DNA of 64,000 nt from Anolis carolinensis (GCF_035594765.1 NC_085846.1:8171190-8235189); one strand, 5' to 3'; counted from the stretch's first letter, positions 45,398 to 58,283 are shown. Translations and numbers: made by a program. The notes: a model not told the origin generated them from the sequence alone.

Positions 45398-45528
45398 CAG
45401 GGAAGATGCTGAGACTTAAGTAAGGAGTTTCCTGTCGCTGCCCAGTATTGGTAGCACTCTGATTTTGCCGCCTCACTGGGGGCTGTTGGTTGAAGATGCT
45501 TGAACTAGGGGTATGGGAAGGAGAGGCT
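45398..45528 (-). CDS. RNF212B: RNF212B coding exon 12
   Basis: ASPSHTPSSSIFNQQPPVRRQNQSATNTGQRQETPYLSLSIFP, 131 nt, AG/GT, phase consistent. Confidence 0.75.
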
Positions 45529-45676
45529 CTGAAAGGAACGATAGAGGAATTATCAATCATAATAGCAAACAATATTAAATTATTGGCTTTTTAATGATCA
45601 GACCATGGTAGTATCCTGAAAAGAAATCTGCTTTGTCTCCCCTCTCCACACACACACACACACAGTTGCAACTTAC

Positions 45677-45716
45677 CTGTAAAATAAACTTTGAGTTGAA
45701 GCTGGAGAGGGAGTAG
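45677..45716 (-). CDS. RNF212B: RNF212B coding exon 11
   Basis: ATPSPASTQSLFYR, 40 nt, strong AG/GT; resembles mammalian TPSPASTHSLSYR. Confidence 0.88.
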
Positions 45717-46127
45717 CTGAAAAAAAAAGAACTTTTAAATATGATTGGAATTAATGTTATATAGAGTATAAGCAAAGGTGACAAACAAGGGTAGAATGAG
45801 GTTAAGCATATGGAACTTTGTTGCAGGAGTCCTAATTTAATACGAATCTGTGGGTTCTTAGTTATTATTTTGCCCTTTGGAGAGGTGGAACACTTTACCT
45901 ACTTAGGGACTGAATAAATTCAATTGTGCTTGTAGGCCATGCTGTCCCATTTGGCTGAAGCTGATGCCATGCCCTACTGGAGCTGTATTTGAAATCGAAG
46001 AAGGGGGCGAAAGCTTGTTCTCGGTTATTTTTGGCACTGTGTTGCCACCTTCTGGTATTTGTCATAACAATTCTATGACATGTCAAGAGTTCACTCTACC
46101 TTTTGCATCAAACATTGTATTTCCTAC

Positions 46128-46173
46128 CATTAGCAGAGTCAGCTGGAGTCATCCTTGAAGCTCCTATGGGGTG
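46128..46173 (-). CDS. RNF212B: RNF212B coding exon 10
   Basis: HPIGASRMTPADSAN, 46 nt, AG/GT, phase consistent. Confidence 0.78.
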
Positions 46174-46687
46174 CTGCATAAAAATGATAAATCTTAGCAA
46201 TGTATTGTTTTTTATTTTGAATATTTCAAAAAAAATTATAACCACTTATATGGTAAAATAGGACAACAGTTAAAATATTTGGCAACATTTTTCTTATCAC
46301 TTCCTAGAGTTACACAAGACTCAAACCAGAGGTTATATTGGCAGCCTTGATTTTGGGGTTTTCCATGGATGTCGGTATGGAAGGAACAGTGATGCAGAAG
46401 CTCACATGCTTCCCCCCTCGTACATACAAGCATACATTTTGTTCTTTTTGTTTTCTATGAAGCAATTAGCAATCACAACATAAGACTTCATCCCCAATAA
46501 TACTTTTTTTTTACTAAAAAAAGTATTCAAATAGGGCAAGAATATATTTTCACTTAGTGTATATTACAAATGACTCCTAACTTTCATGTATAACTTCCCA
46601 TGACCTCATGAGTCCATAAGGAAGGAAACAGCATATCCATTGTTTCCTTCACTTCGATGAAGAAAGAAAAGATCTATGCAGACTCAC

Positions 46688-46745
46688 TTGCCAGTAGGAT
46701 GGGTGGCTGCCTCTAGAAGAAATGGACTCCATGGAAGAGGAGCGG
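46688..46745 (-). CDS. RNF212B: RNF212B coding exon 9
   Basis: RSSSMESISSRGSHPSYWQ, 58 nt, AG/GT. Confidence 0.88.
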
Positions 46746-47067
46746 CTATAAAAAAGGCAGAAAAAGTCAAGGAGTTGTCGGTGAAAAAGGTAAATAGACA
46801 AGCAGATGGTATTTGCATAGAACCTTTGCCAAGAAGTTTAGAATTTAAAGTATAGATTTCCTGTTTTCCTAAGTAACAGGCAGAGGAGAGAACAGTGGTC
46901 ATAGCAAAAAATGTACTGCGTTATCATGTGTACAAGTTAGCGTTTTGTTTTTCCTGCATTGGGAAAAAGGAAATTCTGCTAGAATTTAGAATATGCTCCT
47001 AGATTCTTTGGTAAAAGCTATTAATTGCACCCAAAACTAGAGAACATTCATTTCTTCAGGTAATTAC

Positions 47068-47110
47068 CTGACAACTGCACTGGAGCGCTGAAAAGTAGGC
47101 CGCGGTGTAA
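47068..47110 (-). CDS. RNF212B: RNF212B coding exon 8
   Basis: VTPRPTFQRSSAVVS, 43 nt, AG/GT. Confidence 0.9.
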
Positions 47111-48204
47111 CTGCAAAAAATAGGTTCATGTGTTAAATGTGGATCAGCAATATACTGTGCTAGATGTTTGTGTTGACATGGTATCATACACCAGCAGTTT
47201 ACACAACCAGAGGAGCTATTCTCTTCCTCAAAGACAAAAAAGTAAGCATGGCTTTGTTCAAAGACCAAGATGTGTACACACTTTTGTATTGAGGGAACAG
47301 AGAACAATGAGAATTTCTTGAACACATTTGTGTAAGTACATGCAAACATCTTTTCTGTCAAACAAGCATACATTTGTTTTCTATGTAAAGGCAAGAACAT
47401 ATATACGGATATGTTTATCTACAAGAAGAATTCAGAGCTTGTAAAGTTTTTGAAAGAAGTCTGTTCTTTCCTCAGCATTTTTATTATTCATTATATTTGA
47501 AAAATATTTCAGTACATTTACAATACCCTCCTGGGATATCATTACTCTTTGTAATGAAAGCATCTTTCTTTTTGCATTGTTTAAAAGTAATTTGTGTTTC
47601 TTGTTAAAAAAAACTTCAATGGAAAAATGGTAAAAAGCTTTTAAAATTCCTGTTAAAATGATTCTAAAATGCCTTAAAAAGCCCTTTAATACAAACTGAA
47701 ATGTTAGTTATTATAATAAGTAACATTTTCAGTTTCTTTTCAAGGGCTGTTTGTATAATTAATCATACAACTAAAGTACAATTGTCCTCACTCTGGCTTG
47801 TAGAATGCAATTTTGTAACACACTGGTTGCCTTAAAAAGTAACCCACTATAACAGGCAACTGTTACACTATTTGTAATTACAGTATGACCTGTATCTATG
47901 AGGGATACATTCCAAAATCCCCCATGGATACCTGAGACCTTGGATAATAGTGAACCCTGTATTTTTACTGTACTGGGTCCAGAAGTATATCATAGAATCA
48001 CACTGGAGAACCTAGAGTGCCCCACAGATCCATCATGAGAGGGATCTTTTTGGAGCTTGGATAAGTGAAACCATGGATACTGAATCTGTGGATAAGGATG
48101 TTGTATTGTATTGTCATTACTTCTGGATTTCAATAAACTGCCACTTGCACAGTTGCTCAGGGATGTCACTGCATGTTAGCAGGGCACTCATTAAATTTAC
48201 TTAC

Positions 48205-48251
48205 CTCTTTGTGATGGGGGAGTGATGGCAACTGGTCGTGGGGTGCTGTTT
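48205..48251 (-). CDS. RNF212B: RNF212B coding exon 7
   Basis: NSTPRPVAITPPSQR, 47 nt, AG/GT. Confidence 0.9.
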
Positions 48252-48433
48252 CTGCAGAAATTAAAATTATTTTATTTAGTTAAGGTAGAAAGTAAATCAT
48301 CTTCATCCAGATACTTGCTGCTCCATATCCTCAATTCCAGCTCTTTTGCTTGGGATAAAAATCTCTACTGGCTAAAATTTATGTGCTGAAGCTACTGATA
48401 TTTGCTCCCAAAGGGTAGAATGGACACACTGAC

Positions 48434-48462
48434 CTGCTACCTTCATGTTGTCTTGAAAAAGC
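48434..48462 (-). CDS. RNF212B: RNF212B coding exon 6
   Basis: AFSRQHEGSR, 29 nt, AG/GT, phase consistent. Confidence 0.8.
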
Positions 48463-48632
48463 CTATTGAGAGAAAAGTGAGAGTAGGTTTGACTAAAACC
48501 CAGATATGCACTATGAGATAACTTGGTTCACTTTCTTGTTCCCAATATAAGAAGCAAGACTAACTCAACCAGCAGAGGGTATCAGGAACCAAAAAACTAA
48601 AAATGTGTATGGTTTCAGCAAATAGCTCTTAC

Positions 48633-48693
48633 CTTCAAATTGAGGTATTTCTTTCTTAATTCTTTGTTCTCCTTCTGTATTGCCTCCAGCTCC
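48633..48693 (-). CDS. RNF212B: RNF212B coding exon 5 (coiled coil)
   Basis: ELEAIQKENKELRKKYLNLK, 61 nt, AG/GT, phase consistent. Confidence 0.9.
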
Positions 48694-49176
48694 CTAAATA
48701 AGGTGACGTGGGGTGAGGAATGAGGAAGGGAAAGATACATGATAGTCTGACTGAACATTTGACAATGCTTGATACATTCTTCAATGCCAGGGATGGAGAA
48801 CTGAACTAACAGTCAAACAATTTCAATATGCTGGCTCTCTATGTCATCTCTTTTTATACGTTTGTGTGTAAAGAGTGTATTCTTCTGCACATGCATAGTA
48901 CAAAATGTAAGGATACCTTTTTTAATATTATTAATTCCATTTATAACCTACGCGTCTTGGAATAATCTTAGTACAGGTTACAAGGTTCTCCTTCCCCCCA
49001 TTTGATCTTCTCATCAGCTTCATAAAGTAAGCCATCCTGAGAGAAAAATGTGGACCCAGGATAATCTGTAAGCTTCACAAATAAGTGGGATTTTAAACCT
49101 GTCTACTGCTGGTCCTCTACAGACATGACTAACACTATTAGCATTTGTTCATGTGAACACAACCTTCATGTCTCAC

Positions 49177-49292
49177 TTTTCCTGGATAGTTAGTTTCTGG
49201 AGAGCTTGTTGCAGAGCCCCATGGGATTTTGAAGCTTTATGTTTATGGAAAGAAATCAGCAGTTCCATCTGACCTTTCTGGAACATCCACAC
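49177..49292 (-). CDS. RNF212B: RNF212B coding exon 4
   Basis: VWMFQKGQMELLISFHKHKASKSHGALQQALQKLTIQEK, 116 nt, AG/GT. Confidence 0.92.
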
Positions 49293-50584
49293 CTTAAAAA
49301 AAATGAGAATGAGAAAAAGAGATATTCAGGCAGGTGTTCTTTTGAGGTCAAATCTGGGGGTTCTGACTGCTATGAGAAATAACATGTGAGAACTTCCAGT
49401 TCTGTAAGCCATATCTTAAGAGTAAAGCATATGTCTTGATTATATGTGGTCATAGGCCCAATCCTGTCTGTCAAAACAGAGGAAGTATTAAGAGCATTCA
49501 GGCATCCAGATGTTGGATTCACATCATCTCAGTCACTGTGACTAATGGTTTTGAATGATAACTATAGTATAACAAGTGGTTGCTCCCCACAAATAGGTAA
49601 TTCTAGGTTACATGAGGAGATGGTCTGACTGTGTAAGGCAACTTCACATGTTTAATATTGCCTCAGCCTTAGATATAATCATTTACATGATGGTCTGATC
49701 CTTGCAAAACATATTGCATTGAGCAAATGGCTCAGATCTCAAGTAAACAACTGTAATATAATAGGATAATATGAATAAGCTTATGCATGTATTTTCAGAT
49801 TTTACTTTTTTGTGAAAAAGCCCTAAATGTTTTTTTTAATTTGGGAAAATAAAAAAGCAATTTCTGGATTAGGAAGAAAGAATCTCTAGAAATGAAATTT
49901 TACCAAAATATCCTGGTGCACTTATAGATCTACGAATTAATCTTCTTCAACCTGCTCCATTAAAAAGGTGGGATACAGTAGTGATAAGGAACCTCTGACC
50001 AATGGGCCAGTTGTGACCTGTGTGTGTTCTCCATTCTACAGGCTTTTTTTGTCATTTTATCTAGTCAGTGATTTGAGATAGGAAGGATTTAGAGGCCATA
50101 CTTTTGCATGAAACAAAGGCTCTCTTTGCAGCCTAGGCAATGTTTGTATGGAACTGGGCTATTTGATAGCCTAGAATTCAGCTAAACATTATAAGAGGTA
50201 AGTAAATGCAGTACTACCAAATAATATCAGCTCCTAGTATACAACAATCTGAGGGCGTGTGCTTCCATATCACAATATACTTTATAGCGCTATATTCCAT
50301 TTTAACTGCCATGACAACATCTTGCGGAATTCTGGGGTTTATAGTTTAGTGAGGCCCAAGAACTCTCTGGTTGAGAATTCAAATGTTTCCCCTTAAACTG
50401 CAACTACCAGGATTCTATAGGTTATCCCATGGAGTTAAAATGGAATATAGTGCTATACATTGTGGAATAAATACACTTAATGCATTGATACCTGTTTGAA
50501 AAATATAACAGTGATGAAGAACTACCCAAGAACACTGCAAATGAAGCAACCTGGAAAGATCTAAAATGGACAAAGGTCGGGAGA

Positions 50585-50930
50585 CCATGCCTTTTGAGGA
50601 ACGTCTTAAAGAGCTGGGTATGTGTAGCCTGCAGAAAAAAGGTTGAGAGGAAACATGACAGCCATGTTTAAACTAGGACTCAGAGCAATGGGTTTAAATT
50701 ATAGGAGAGGAGATTCCACCTGAACATTAGGAAAAACTTCCTGACTGTAAGGGCTGTTTAGCCATGGAACTCTGCCTCAGAGTGTGGGAAGCTCCTTCCT
50801 TGGAAGCTTGTAAACAGAGGCTGGATGGCCATGTGTTAGGGGTACTTTAATTGTGCTTTTCCTGCATGGCAGGTGGTTGGACTAGATGGCTCATGTGGTC
50901 TCTTCCAACTCTTATTATTCTATGATTCTA
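50585..50930 (+). mobile_element. CR1 LINE 3' fragment
   Basis: LKELG...GRRFHLNIRKNFLTVR similarity and attctatg tail. Confidence 0.8.
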
Positions 50931-50995
50931 TTGAAAATATAGCTTTGCCAACTGTCCCTGCCCACATCCTGCAAAAGATTCAATTATATTTGTTC

Positions 50996-50996
<1 letters not shown>

Positions 50997-51037
<41 letters not shown>
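50997..51037 (+). repeat. (TAA)n microsatellite at the tail of a reverse L2-type end
   Basis: ~13 TAA units followed by tttattcgtatcccacccc...gcagcttaca. Confidence 0.8.
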
Positions 51038-51039
<2 letters not shown>

Positions 51040-52264
51040 CTTTATTCGTATCCCACCCCATCTCCTCGAAGGGACTTGGGGCAGCTTACATAGGGACCAT
51101 GCCCAGTAATGCAATAATAAAATACAACAATATAAGATGCATTCAATTACAATGAATAAATACATAAAAACATGTAAAAATCATAAAAGCATAAACTCAA
51201 CAATAACCAATAACCATTTGATGTTAGATGAAGACATTTTATGTCTTTAAAAATTATCTGTTTGACTATGGTTTGAAAGTGTTTTATTGTTGTGTTGGTT
51301 AATTTTTAATTGTTTTTATATTGTAAAATGTCCTGTAGCAAACAAATGAAAAAATTCTCACAGTCATCTTACACCATTAAAGGAAAAAGTTAATTTCATG
51401 TAAATATCACAAATGCTCTTATCATTCTGTATTTATTTTAACTCTCTTAGTATCTAAATATATATTTGGATATGTATTAATGTTTTGTCCATTCTCTTCT
51501 TTTGCAAAGGTATTTTAGGAATGATTTCAGATTTTGCCATTTTTAGCAAGACGGCTGTATAACAATAAAACTGGTAGCAAATGCCCTTAACAGAATCACA
51601 AGATATTAATTCACTAGAGGACTGAAGTTTTTAACTATTCATCACAATCAAGCCATCTAGCTTAGGGAGAACGTTGGGATGGCGATTACTGCTAGTGAAG
51701 TTTATAAGATATGGCATACATATAAGGCAAGCCTGGTGGATTTCAATATTGAGGTACTGCTGATTCAGCTGAATTTCTTTTCTATGATTAACTAGCTTGT
51801 GCCTATGTTTAACTGTGTCTTTGTTTCCGTAATTAATTAGTAATGTTGGGAAATGGAGTTTTTCTTCAGGTTGGTTATTAAGTAATCCTCTACCTAAACT
51901 TGGCTCAACAGCCATGCCTTGAATCCCCTAGGCATTAAAAGTGGGGCAAAACATAACATAATTTCAGGGCATATTACTAGTTTGTTTGGCCAGAGAATGA
52001 ATTACTGATTTCTTTCTTCTTTGGATGGAAGGCATATTGTGCAAGAACCCCTTAAGCATGTCATAATACTTTTATCAGTTCACACATCTCTCATTTCTTT
52101 GAGGTATCTTATCTTTTAAAAATCCAACTGATTAATTCCATATTCTTTTATGCTGAGTTTTTCTTCTTTGCTTTCCCTCTCACTTAGCCAATTATTGCCA
52201 CTCATTTTAGGATCTAAGACCTATGAACAAAATGTGTCCAGGATACCTGATCTGTTATTCTTAC

Positions 52265-52339
52265 TTGAGAGATTTGAGTAATATATTTGAGAGCAGTTTC
52301 CACTGGGTTTTTGAAAAACTTCTTTTCTTCTGTTTTCAT
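52265..52339 (-). CDS. RNF212B: RNF212B coding exon 3
   Basis: MKTEEKKFFKNPVETALKYITQISQ, 75 nt, AG/GT. Confidence 0.93.
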
Positions 52340-53025
52340 CTGAGGACAAGAAAGAGGAGTAATAAGTATCAGCTTGAGGGTGAAGCAGGAATTTGAACTG
52401 GGATATCCATAATACCACACATAATGATCCAACTACTGTGAAAATAAATAGAGCCTGAAATTTTGCAGAATGAAATTATGTTATAACAATTACTAATACA
52501 ATAACTTACATAATTTTACAGGTGGTGTGCTGCTTAAGGTATGAGAGGAAGCCTTGCTCAATCCAACCATCATATCTACTATGTAGATACAATCTTATCT
52601 TAGGAATGATTATAGATGCAACTGTTTATGAGAAAGACTTGTCTATAATGATTTGCTCCCACATTCCCAGATGACTACTCTTTCAATTCCAAACAAGATA
52701 ATAATCTGAAGCATCCACTCCTGCACTCCATACCTCCACATTGTCACAGCTGTTGCTTGAAGTTCAAATAGTGTATTTAAGGAACGTTATTGAGACCATC
52801 ACATTCTCAAATGAATAAAAAACTACAACGAGGATGTTTCTCATGCTGGACTATATCTAAGCAAAGCAATATAATTCAAAATTCTCCTCAGTGCTTGTTT
52901 CCTTGCATTGTATAAATACAAAGCTTACAACATTAGCCCAGATGGCTATGGTATAAATAGAATTTATGTGTTTTAGAGAACAAAGAAAGAGAGGAAGGTT
53001 CTGCCTTAGAGAAACCACAACTTAC

Positions 53026-53078
53026 ATTATCGTTGAGAAACAAATATTTGCAGCTTGTTCCACAAGACGGGCACTTAT
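53026..53078 (-). CDS. RNF212B: RNF212B coding exon 2
   Basis: DKCPSCGTSCKYLFLNDN, 53 nt, AG/GT, completes the RING. Confidence 0.93.
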
Positions 53079-53484
53079 CTGCCAAGATTAAAGGGCAATG
53101 TTAATACAACCTACTGGAAAATTATCATAGATACTATTAAGTGCTCTGAAACTGTCATATCAATTGTCTTATAAAAAGAACACTGTATTTCCCAGTGCTC
53201 TATTAGTGTTGCCCTCTAGCATTCTGATCTGTTAGAGGCTAAAAATTCCTAGAATGTTTCGTGCAATCACATGACTTCAGAATGTTACTAAGGGGTAACT
53301 AACACTTTGTCAACATATTTTCATATGTAGGATCCAGGAGATTAGTATGAAGGTTTATATTTCCTATATTTGTTCTCTCGCTCTCTGTGGGGACCAGTAC
53401 TCATACTGAGGCATGTAATTGTGTGCGACTGAATATTATATTTAAAGGCACATACCACATCAAATATCACATTGTTATTCTTAC

Positions 53485-53584
53485 CTGAACCAGCACATTT
53501 TTTGCAAAAGATGTGTCCGCAGCTGGTGACACAAAAGTCAGATGTTTCCTGACTAAAGCAGTGATTGCAATGAAACCAATCCAT
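53485..53584 (-). CDS. RNF212B: RNF212B coding exon 1 (RING finger)
   Basis: [33 protein letters not shown], 100 nt, G|GTAAG donor. Confidence 0.95.
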
Positions 53585-53814
53585 TTTGCAAGAGGGAAAG
53601 GTAAGCCAAATGCCCCATTCAAGTTCTGTTGGGAAAATGGATCAGGATAATACATCAGGCTTTGTGGGGGGAAAGTATAGAGGCTGACAGACTGAAAGAT
53701 ATAGTTAAGAGATAGTGGTATACATAAAGTAGAAAAAAAGTATGATTAAAATAAATAAATAAATAAATAAATAAGCAAGTTGTTTAAGAATATATTTATT
53801 TGTAGGTGAGTTTA

Positions 53815-54137
53815 GGCTGAGTATCTCTTATCCAAAATGCTTGAAATCAGAACGGTTTTGGATTTTGGATTTTAAAAATTATTTTGGAATACCTGTACAT
53901 AATGAGATATCCTGAACATGGAACCCAAGTATAAACATTAAATTAATGTATATATCATATATACACTTTAGACACATAGCTTGAAGCTGATCTTATACAT
54001 TAGTTTTTAACAAAGATTGTGCACACTTGAACTATTAGAAAGCAAAGACATCACTATCTCAACCACCAATGTGGATAGTTTCAGCTTTTGGAATATTTCA
54101 GATTTTATATTTCTGGATAAGGGATGCGAAACCTGTA
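53815..54137. mobile_element. Tigger/pogo-like MITE
   Basis: Imperfect TIRs ggctgagtatctcttatccaaaa / ttctggataagggatgcgaaacctg, TA flank. Confidence 0.55.
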
Positions 54138-55306
54138 TACAGCAATTAGGGGATATTTAAAACTGGAGTATTTATCCAATAAAGCATCACGGGACAGTGT
54201 GTTAAACTTAGATGGGGGTATTGCCATTTGGCATTCATTTTCAGTTTATTAATCACTTGAATCTTGAATTCCGGACATGAAAGCCTTCGACAACACTTTG
54301 GAAAATGGTTTTTATTATATCCTTCAAACCTACGCCATCTTATTGCAACCTAATCCTAAGGTTTTCTTGGCCAGATTTGTTCAGAGGAGGTTGAGAGAGT
54401 GTGACTTGCTGAATGTCATGCAGAAGATTTCTATAGCTGAACAAGGCATTCATAATCTGTTGGCATAATGATCTATTCATTTCAATAGTATAGTTAAACC
54501 ATGCACTTAAATGCATTCTATGTCAACAGTTTGGTTTCAGAGGAATTAAAAGTGCAACATTATAGCACATGCACAGGCAAACTTTGGCCTTCCTTCAGGT
54601 GTTTTGGACTTAAACTCCTATAATTCATAACAGCCTACTTGCTGTTAGGAATTGTAGGAGTTGCAGTCCAAAACACCTGAAGGAAGGCCAAAGTTTGCCC
54701 ATGCCTGGTGTAGCAGGAAAAAATATTGCTACATAATATGTGTGACAGTAGATACACTGCAGTCATGGCCTCCGATCCAGTATATTGCAGAAACACTTCA
54801 GCCCTTTAACAATAGTGTGAGATGTAGATCTTCATAGTCCTTGCGGTTTTTACAAGCCAGCGCTTGCATTCATCTCTTGTTAAATCACGGTTTGCGTCCG
54901 TTTTCATCTCAATGCTTCTTTTTTTTTTTGCAGCAATTGTGCAAGAAGGAGCAAGATGTATATTAGTTTTATAGCATAGTGATTATTAGACCAAGAGTCC
55001 AAAGATAGGCAATTCCCAATGTGTGAGTCTGTCTACATAGCTATAAAGTGTACCCTTTGAGGACAGATTAAGAGGGTTGTAGTCCACTGCCAGTCTGTTG
55101 GCATAGCTGTAAACTGAAGGAAAAGAAATGATAAATTTTGCAGACTTTTTCAAACTTCTGAGGGGATCAAAGCTCATATTTGGTAGGCAGAAGTTTGCAG
55201 ATTCAATTTCAGGCCTAGCCTGATAGATGCCAAGGAGAACCTTCAAACTGAAATATCGGAGAGCTTACATGTGAACACGACTGCTCTATATGACTCATTC
55301 AAAATA

Positions 55307-56603
55307 CAGTAGAGTCTCGCTTATCCAACCTTCACTCATCCAATGTTCTGTATTATCCAACACAGTCTTCCTTTAATGTTTTTATAGTCGATGCTTTCAA
55401 CACATTACGATGGTATGGTGCTAAATTCTTAAACACCGTAATTACAGTAGAGTCTCACTTATCCAACATAATCGGGCCGGCTGAATGTTGGATAAATGAA
55501 AATGTTGGGTAAGAAGGAGGGACTAAGGAAAAGCCTATTAAACATCAAATGACATTATCATTTTACAAATTAAGCACCAAAACATGTTTTTCAACAAATT
55601 GACAGAAAAAGCAGTTCAATACACGATAATGTAATGTAGTAATTACAGTAGAGTCTCACTTATCCAATGTTCTGGATTATCCAACGCATTTTTGTAGTCA
55701 ATGTTTTCAATAAATTGTGATATTTTGGTGCTAAATTCGTAGATACAGTAATTGCTACATAGCATTACTGCATATTGAACTACTTTTTCTGTCAAATTTG
55801 TTGTGTAGCATGATGTTTTGGTGCTTAATTTGTAAAATCATAACCTAATTTGATGTTTAATGGGCTTTTCCTTAATCCCTCCTTATTATCCAACATATTC
55901 GCTTATCCAACGTTCTGCCAGCCTGTTTATGTTGGATAAATGAGACTCTACTTTACTATGTTTATGAATTTAGCACCAAAATATCTCAATGTTTTGAAAA
56001 CATTTACTACAAAAACATTGACTACTAAAACACAGACTGGTTGGATAATACAGTAGAATCTCACTTACCCAACACTCACTTATCCAACATTCTGGATTAT
56101 CCAACGCATTTTTGTAGTCAATGTTTTCAAAACATCATGATATTTTGGTGCTAAATTTGTAAATACAGTAATTACTACATAGAATTACTGCATATTGAAC
56201 TACTTTTTTTGTCAAATTTGTTATATAACATGATGTTTTGGTGCTTAATTTGTAAAATCATAACCTAATTTGATGTTTAATAGGTTTTTCCTTAATCTCT
56301 CCTTATTTTCCAACATATTCACTTATCCAACGTTCTGCCGGCCTGTTTATGTTGGATAAGTGAGACTCTACTGTACAGAACATTGGATAAGTGGAGGTTG
56401 GATAAGCGAGACTGCTGTACTACATAATGCTATTGTGTATTGAACTGCTTTTCCTGTTGATTTGTTGTAAAACATGATGTTTTGGTACCTAATTTGTAAA
56501 ATCATAACATAATTTGATGTTTAATAGGCTTTTCCTTAGCCAACATTTTGGCTTATCCAACGTTCTGCCGGCCTCTTTATGTTGGATAAGCGAGACTCTA
56601 CTG
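55307..56603. mobile_element. Four nested copies of one Tc1/mariner-like MITE
   Basis: A 55307-56603 contains B 55445-56417 (reverse), which contains C 55646-55953 and D 56051-56373; each has cagtagagtctc-type TIRs and TA TSDs. Confidence 0.85.
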
Positions 56604-56859
56604 TACAGTTGTTTTCTCTGAGGATGCCTGCCACAGATGTGGGCGAAAAGTCAGGAGAGAATGCTTCTGGAACATGGCCATAGAGGCTGGAAAACTCACA
56701 GCAACCCAGAGTTAAGAGTTTTTAGTGATGCTTGAGTAGCGTCTTCACAATAATCAGTTTATTTCCCACAGCAAATGTGAGTTATACCTAGTGCATTATA
56801 ATGCCTCTGTTTCTCTTTCAGGAGAGGGAATTTTGACAGGATTTTTTTTTTTGTTCTCT

Positions 56860-57065
56860 CCTCACTTTTCCGCCCCGCCCCCCCCTTTTTTTTTTTTTCT
56901 TTTTTTTTTTTGTTATTCGGCCCACTTTCGTTCTGAAACGACCGTTAAAAGAGGCGGGAAAACAAGCTTTTTAAAAATAAACCGTCGCGAGGCTCAAGGG
57001 GGCGTGGCTTAGGAGGAGGAGGAAGGCCCTCAGGGGGAAAAGAGGACAAAATGGCGGGAGGGGCA
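56860..57065 (-). promoter_or_regulatory. RNF212B CpG promoter and non-coding first exon (donor after 56866)
   Basis: Small CpG cluster. GGCGGGA at 56953 and 57053, TAACGG on - at 56942-56947, GC box at ~57000, AAAATGGCGG at 57048; minus-strand AAA|GTGAG donor. Confidence 0.65.
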
Positions 57066-58004
57066 TTGAGGGGATTACAGGCCAATACATTTTCTCTGTT
57101 ATGGCTCAATGTACTGTATTTTGGGCTGAGCAGGCTAAAGAGCTTGTAAAACTACAAATCCCAGGATTCTGGAGCAGGCTAAAGCAGCCATGGCAGCAAA
57201 AATGGTGCCAAACTGCATCCATTCTACTGTGTAGATCAGGCCTGGGCTAACTTGGGCCCTCCAGGGGTTTTGGACTCCCAACTCCCACCATTCCTAACTG
57301 GCTCAGGCCCTTTCCTTTTCCCCCTCAGCCGCTTAAGCGGCTGAGGGGGAAAAGGAAAGGGCCTGAGCTAGTTAGGAATGGTGGGAGTTGGAGTCCAAAA
57401 CCCCTGGAGGGCCCAAGTTCGCCCAGGCCTGATTGTAAATGGATTTCTTCACATTTCATAATGAGGTAGGTGTGTGTATGTGTGAGAAAGTGTGTAGTTT
57501 ATCTTAGTATATATCTCCTGCCTTTCCCTTTCCTAGAACTGGGAACCACATTTAAATCCAATACGTAACATGGGGATGTGTTGCAATTTTTAAATATTTG
57601 TTTATGCAACAGTCGCATCTCTTTTTTTTACACGGGTGCAGAGCAAGAAAGAAACACAAAGCAAAACAACGTATCAGAAGAGCAGATAATAATACAATAG
57701 TGATGGCCTATTTATGAAAACATGAGGCAGTAAAGTAGAATTTGGAAGACAATGGAAAACAGAGAGAGAGAGTGGGGGAGAGAAGGAAAGAATGAGAAAA
57801 AGCAAGAAGAGGGACAAGATCTTTGAGGAAAAGCAAGGAAAGAAGGAAAGAAACGGCCATAAAAAATACAGGCTTGGGCAACACCAAGCCTTTAGGTCAA
57901 TTTATTATATACATATCCTGCCACTCCTCTGGTGGATGTGAATCAGTTAGGTATTACTTGTGTGAAAAAGCACAAATTAGATAATCGGGTAGCTGTATTT
58001 TTTT

Positions 58005-58283
58005 TTCATGTCATGAGCAAACTGTAAGTCACTTCTAGTGTGAGAGAATTGGCCGTCTGCAAGGACGTTGCCCAGGGGATGCCTGGACATTTTTGATGTT
58101 TTTACTATCCTTTTGGGAGGCTTCTCTCATGTCCCCCACATGGAGCTGGAGCTGATCGAGGGAGCTCATCCACGCTCTCCCCGGGGATGGATTTGAACTG
58201 GCAGCCTTCAGGTCAGCAACCCAACCTTCAAGTCATCAGTCCTGCCAGTACAAGGGTTTAATCCACTGCACTACCAGGGGCTG
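58005..58283 (-). mobile_element. tRNA-derived SINE
   Basis: Minus-strand head ccctggtagtgcagtggattaaacc...cagttcaaatcc; squamate SINE-like body. Confidence 0.6.

Noticed and set aside
45895-46086. 63-aa minus ORF as a constitutive RNF212B exon
   Set aside because: Would need a ~55-nt intron and the wrong phase; exon 45677-45716 fits phase and homology
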